NCBI RefSeq assembly: GCF_021246445.1
Contig: NZ_JAJQXW010000005.1
Span: forward strand, 186,001 to 250,000
Direction: 5' to 3'
DNA from: Rhabdothermincola salaria
Lineage (GTDB): Bacteria > Actinomycetota > Acidimicrobiia > Acidimicrobiales > Acidimicrobilacustridaceae
DNA: 64,000 nucleotides
Each line of letters begins with the position of its first letter. The first letter of the stretch is position 1. This document shows positions 62,124 through 64,000 of the stretch, piece by piece. The translations under genes were made by a program, and so were the position numbers. A model generated the notes under the pieces. It saw only the letters and a program-made list of their open reading frames with translations. It was not told the origin of the DNA and did no database searches.

Positions 62124-62159
62124 CGCTGCTCGTGCGCGGACGGCCGCCGCGCCGACGAG

Positions 62160-62186
62160 GAGGCCCGGGGCGACGCCCCGGGCCTC
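62160..62186 (+). terminator. Hairpin downstream of the cupredoxin gene
   Basis: GAGGCCCGGGGC-GAC-GCCCCGGGCCTC, 12-bp stem. Confidence 0.65.
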
Positions 62187-62367
62187 GTCGCGTGGACCGA
62201 GAGATCGACGACCGGGCATCGCCCTGGCGGTGAGGTACGGATGCATGTCGCGGCGCGCCGCGACATCGCGAGAAGAAAGCCGCGAGCGCGCGTAAGGACC
62301 TCGGCGTTCGACGGTCAGGAGGGGTGACGGGCCGGAGACGCCGGCCCTCACCCAGAGGAGAGATCCG

Positions 62368-62718
62368 ATGACCAGCATCCGCACCCGCACCCTCCGCATC
62401 GTCGCCGCCACCGCCCTCACCGTGGGCCTCGCCGGCTCCAGCACGGCCGTCTACGCCCTCACCCCCGCGCCGGATCCCGGGCCGACCGACCTGGCCCCGG
62501 GCGGCAACGGGCCGGACGATCCCGGCTTCGGTGGTCCCGACGACCTCACCACCCCGACGACCGAGCCCGAGTGCCACCCGTTCCTCGCCACCTGCGACCT
62601 CGCCCCGAACCCGGAGGACCCCGGCGACCCCGGCGACCCCGAGGTCGACGACGGTGGCCCCGAGGTCGACGACGGTGCCGCCGTCCCGGTCGTGGTGCGT
62701 CCCACCTTCACCGGCTGA
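62368..62718 (+). CDS. Small secreted Pro/Asp/Gly-rich protein ending in PTFTG
   Basis: GAGGAG RBS, signal peptide, strong third-position GC. Confidence 0.8.
   Translation: MTSIRTRTLRIVAATALTVGLAGSSTAVYALTPAPDPGPTDLAPGGNGPDDPGFGGPDDLTTPTTEPECHPFLATCDLAPNPEDPGDPGDPEVDDGGPEVDDGAAVPVVVRPTFTG
62617..62677 (+). repeat. In-frame tandem repeats (9-bp and 21-bp period)
   Basis: GACCCCGGC x2.7; CCCGAGGTCGACGACGGTG at 62638 and 62659. Confidence 0.85.
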
Positions 62719-62767
62719 ACGTGGACCCCCTCCCCCTGCTCGCCGGTCCGTGTGATGCTGGCTGACG

Positions 62768-64000
62768 ATGGCTCGACGCTTCGACGACGACCCGGACTTG
62801 GTGCTCGCCGCTCGCTTCGGCGACGAGCAGGCCTTCACCACCCTCTTTCGACGGTGGTTCGCCCCCTGCGTCGACGTGGCTCGCCGGATCGTGCGCGACG
62901 ACGACACGGCCGCCGAGGTCGCCCAGGAGACGTTCCTGGTGGCCTGGCGTCAGCTGGGCACGCTCCGCGACCCGTCGGCCTTCGGGGGGTGGGTGCTGCG
63001 CACCAGTCGCAACAAGGCGCTCAACCGCCTCGAACGGGAGCGGCGCAGCATCGCCGTCGACCAGGACGAGTCACCGGTGCTGGCCGAGCTCGAGGCGGGT
63101 GGCGACGTGGCCGCTGACGTCGCCGCCCGCGACCAGCAGCAGCTGGTGTGGGCGGCGGCGGCGGCCCTGGGCGAGCGAGATGCCAGCATCCTCGACCTCC
63201 ACCTGCGCCACGAGCTCGATGCCGGTGAGATCGCCGAGGCCCTGGGCGTCACCCCCAACAACGCCCACCAGTTGCTCTTCCGCATGAAGGGTCGCCTGGC
63301 CTCGGGGATACGCGCCTGGGTGCTGTTCAAGGGCGGCGACCCCGCCTGCCCGGAGTTGGCGGCCGATCTGCGTCGGTCCGATGCCCTGCGCTTCTCGGCG
63401 GCCACCGTGAAGGTGGTCGGCCGGCACGTGCAGCGCTGCGACGACTGTGCCGACCGACAGGCCGCGGTGCTCGCCCCCGAGGCGCTGTTCGCCTCGGTGC
63501 CGCTGCTGCCGATCGGGGTCGGGCTGCGCGAGCAGGTGGCCGAGGGTCTGCGCCAGGCCGGTGTGCCTCTCGGCCCCGACGCCGCCGTCCCCGTGGAGCC
63601 GGCGGCCACGGAAGGCGCCGGCGCCCCCGACGCCGACCTCTCGGTCGACGGCGACCACGGCGCGGGCGAGGGGCACCCCGGTCCGGTCGCCGAGGCGCCG
63701 GCGCCGGACCGCGACAGCACCACCGCCCTCGCCTCTCCCGCCACCGTCGGGGTCGAGCCATCGGTCGGTGTCGGAGACCCGCCGTCGGGCGAACCGAGAT
63801 CGTCCCGGGCCGCCATCGCCGTCGTGGCGCTGCTGTTGGTGCTGGCCGGCGGTGTGCTCTGGGCGCTGCGCTCCGGCGGCGACGACGAGGTCGAGGTGGT
63901 CGCGGCCTCCGAGCCCGGGTCCACGTCGACGGCTTCCCAGCCATCGAGCACCGCCCCACCCGCGCGGGAGCCCGAGCTGGTGATCGAGTTCGACCCGACG
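62768..64000 (+). CDS. ECF sigma factor with fused zinc-binding anti-sigma motif, linker and TM helix (runs off window end)
   Basis: Not in the ORF track. My translation gives GDEQAFTTLF..AEVAQETFLVAWRQL..FGGWVLR, EIAEALGVT, HVQRCDDC, then IAVVALLLVLAGGVLWAL. Confidence 0.9.
   Translation, partial: MARRFDDDPDLVLAARFGDEQAFTTLFRRWFAPCVDVARRIVRDDDTAAEVAQETFLVAWRQLGTLRDPSAFGGWVLRTSRNKALNRLERERRSIAVDQDESPVLAELEAGGDVAADVAARDQQQLVWAAAAALGERDASILDLHLRHELDAGEIAEALGVTPNNAHQLLFRMKGRLASGIRAWVLFKGGDPACPELAADLRRSDALRFSAATVKVVGRHVQRCDDCADRQAAVLAPEALFASVPLLPIGVGLREQVAEGLRQAGVPLGPDAAVPVEPAATEGAGAPDADLSVDGDHGAGEGHPGPVAEAPAPDRDSTTALASPATVGVEPSVGVGDPPSGEPRSSRAAIAVVALLLVLAGGVLWALRSGGDDEVEVVAASEPGSTSTASQPSSTAPPAREPELVIEFDPT

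Noticed and set aside
1..64000. CRISPR arrays, IS elements, prophage and defence systems
   Set aside because: No repeat-spacer arrays, transposase, integrase or phage genes seen; the SWIM-SNF2 helicase has no defence-type neighbours

Overview
A very GC-rich actinobacterial chromosome segment; gene content and leaderless promoters suggest Acidimicrobiia (inference). It holds about 55 protein-coding genes. I found no rRNA, tRNA, CRISPR array, transposase, integrase or prophage gene. Recognisable content: divergent glpD/glpK; a steroid-catabolism-like block (cytochrome P450, Ltp3/Ltp4-type thiolases, DUF35 OB-fold protein); a SWIM-SNF2 helicase; furA-katG with a FurA box; and many redox or detoxification enzymes. 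Four poorly characterised modules stand out. (1) A PNPOx-GAF-wHTH regulator with a coupled stand-alone PNPOx gene, divergent from a hemerythrin gene. (2) A membrane-anchored ECF sigma factor with a fused zinc anti-sigma motif, next to a small secreted Pro/Asp-rich protein ending in PTFTG-stop. (3) A cluster next to an AfsR/SARP regulator (hydrolase-glycosyltransferase fusion, acyl-CoA dehydrogenase-like enzyme, methyltransferase, PIG-L deacetylase) with 11-bp-phased heptamers in its divergent promoter. (4) A pair of similar membrane proteins, one with TPR-like repeats. Several deletion remnants and one frameshift are also visible. All calls come from reading motifs by eye; no database searches were run.
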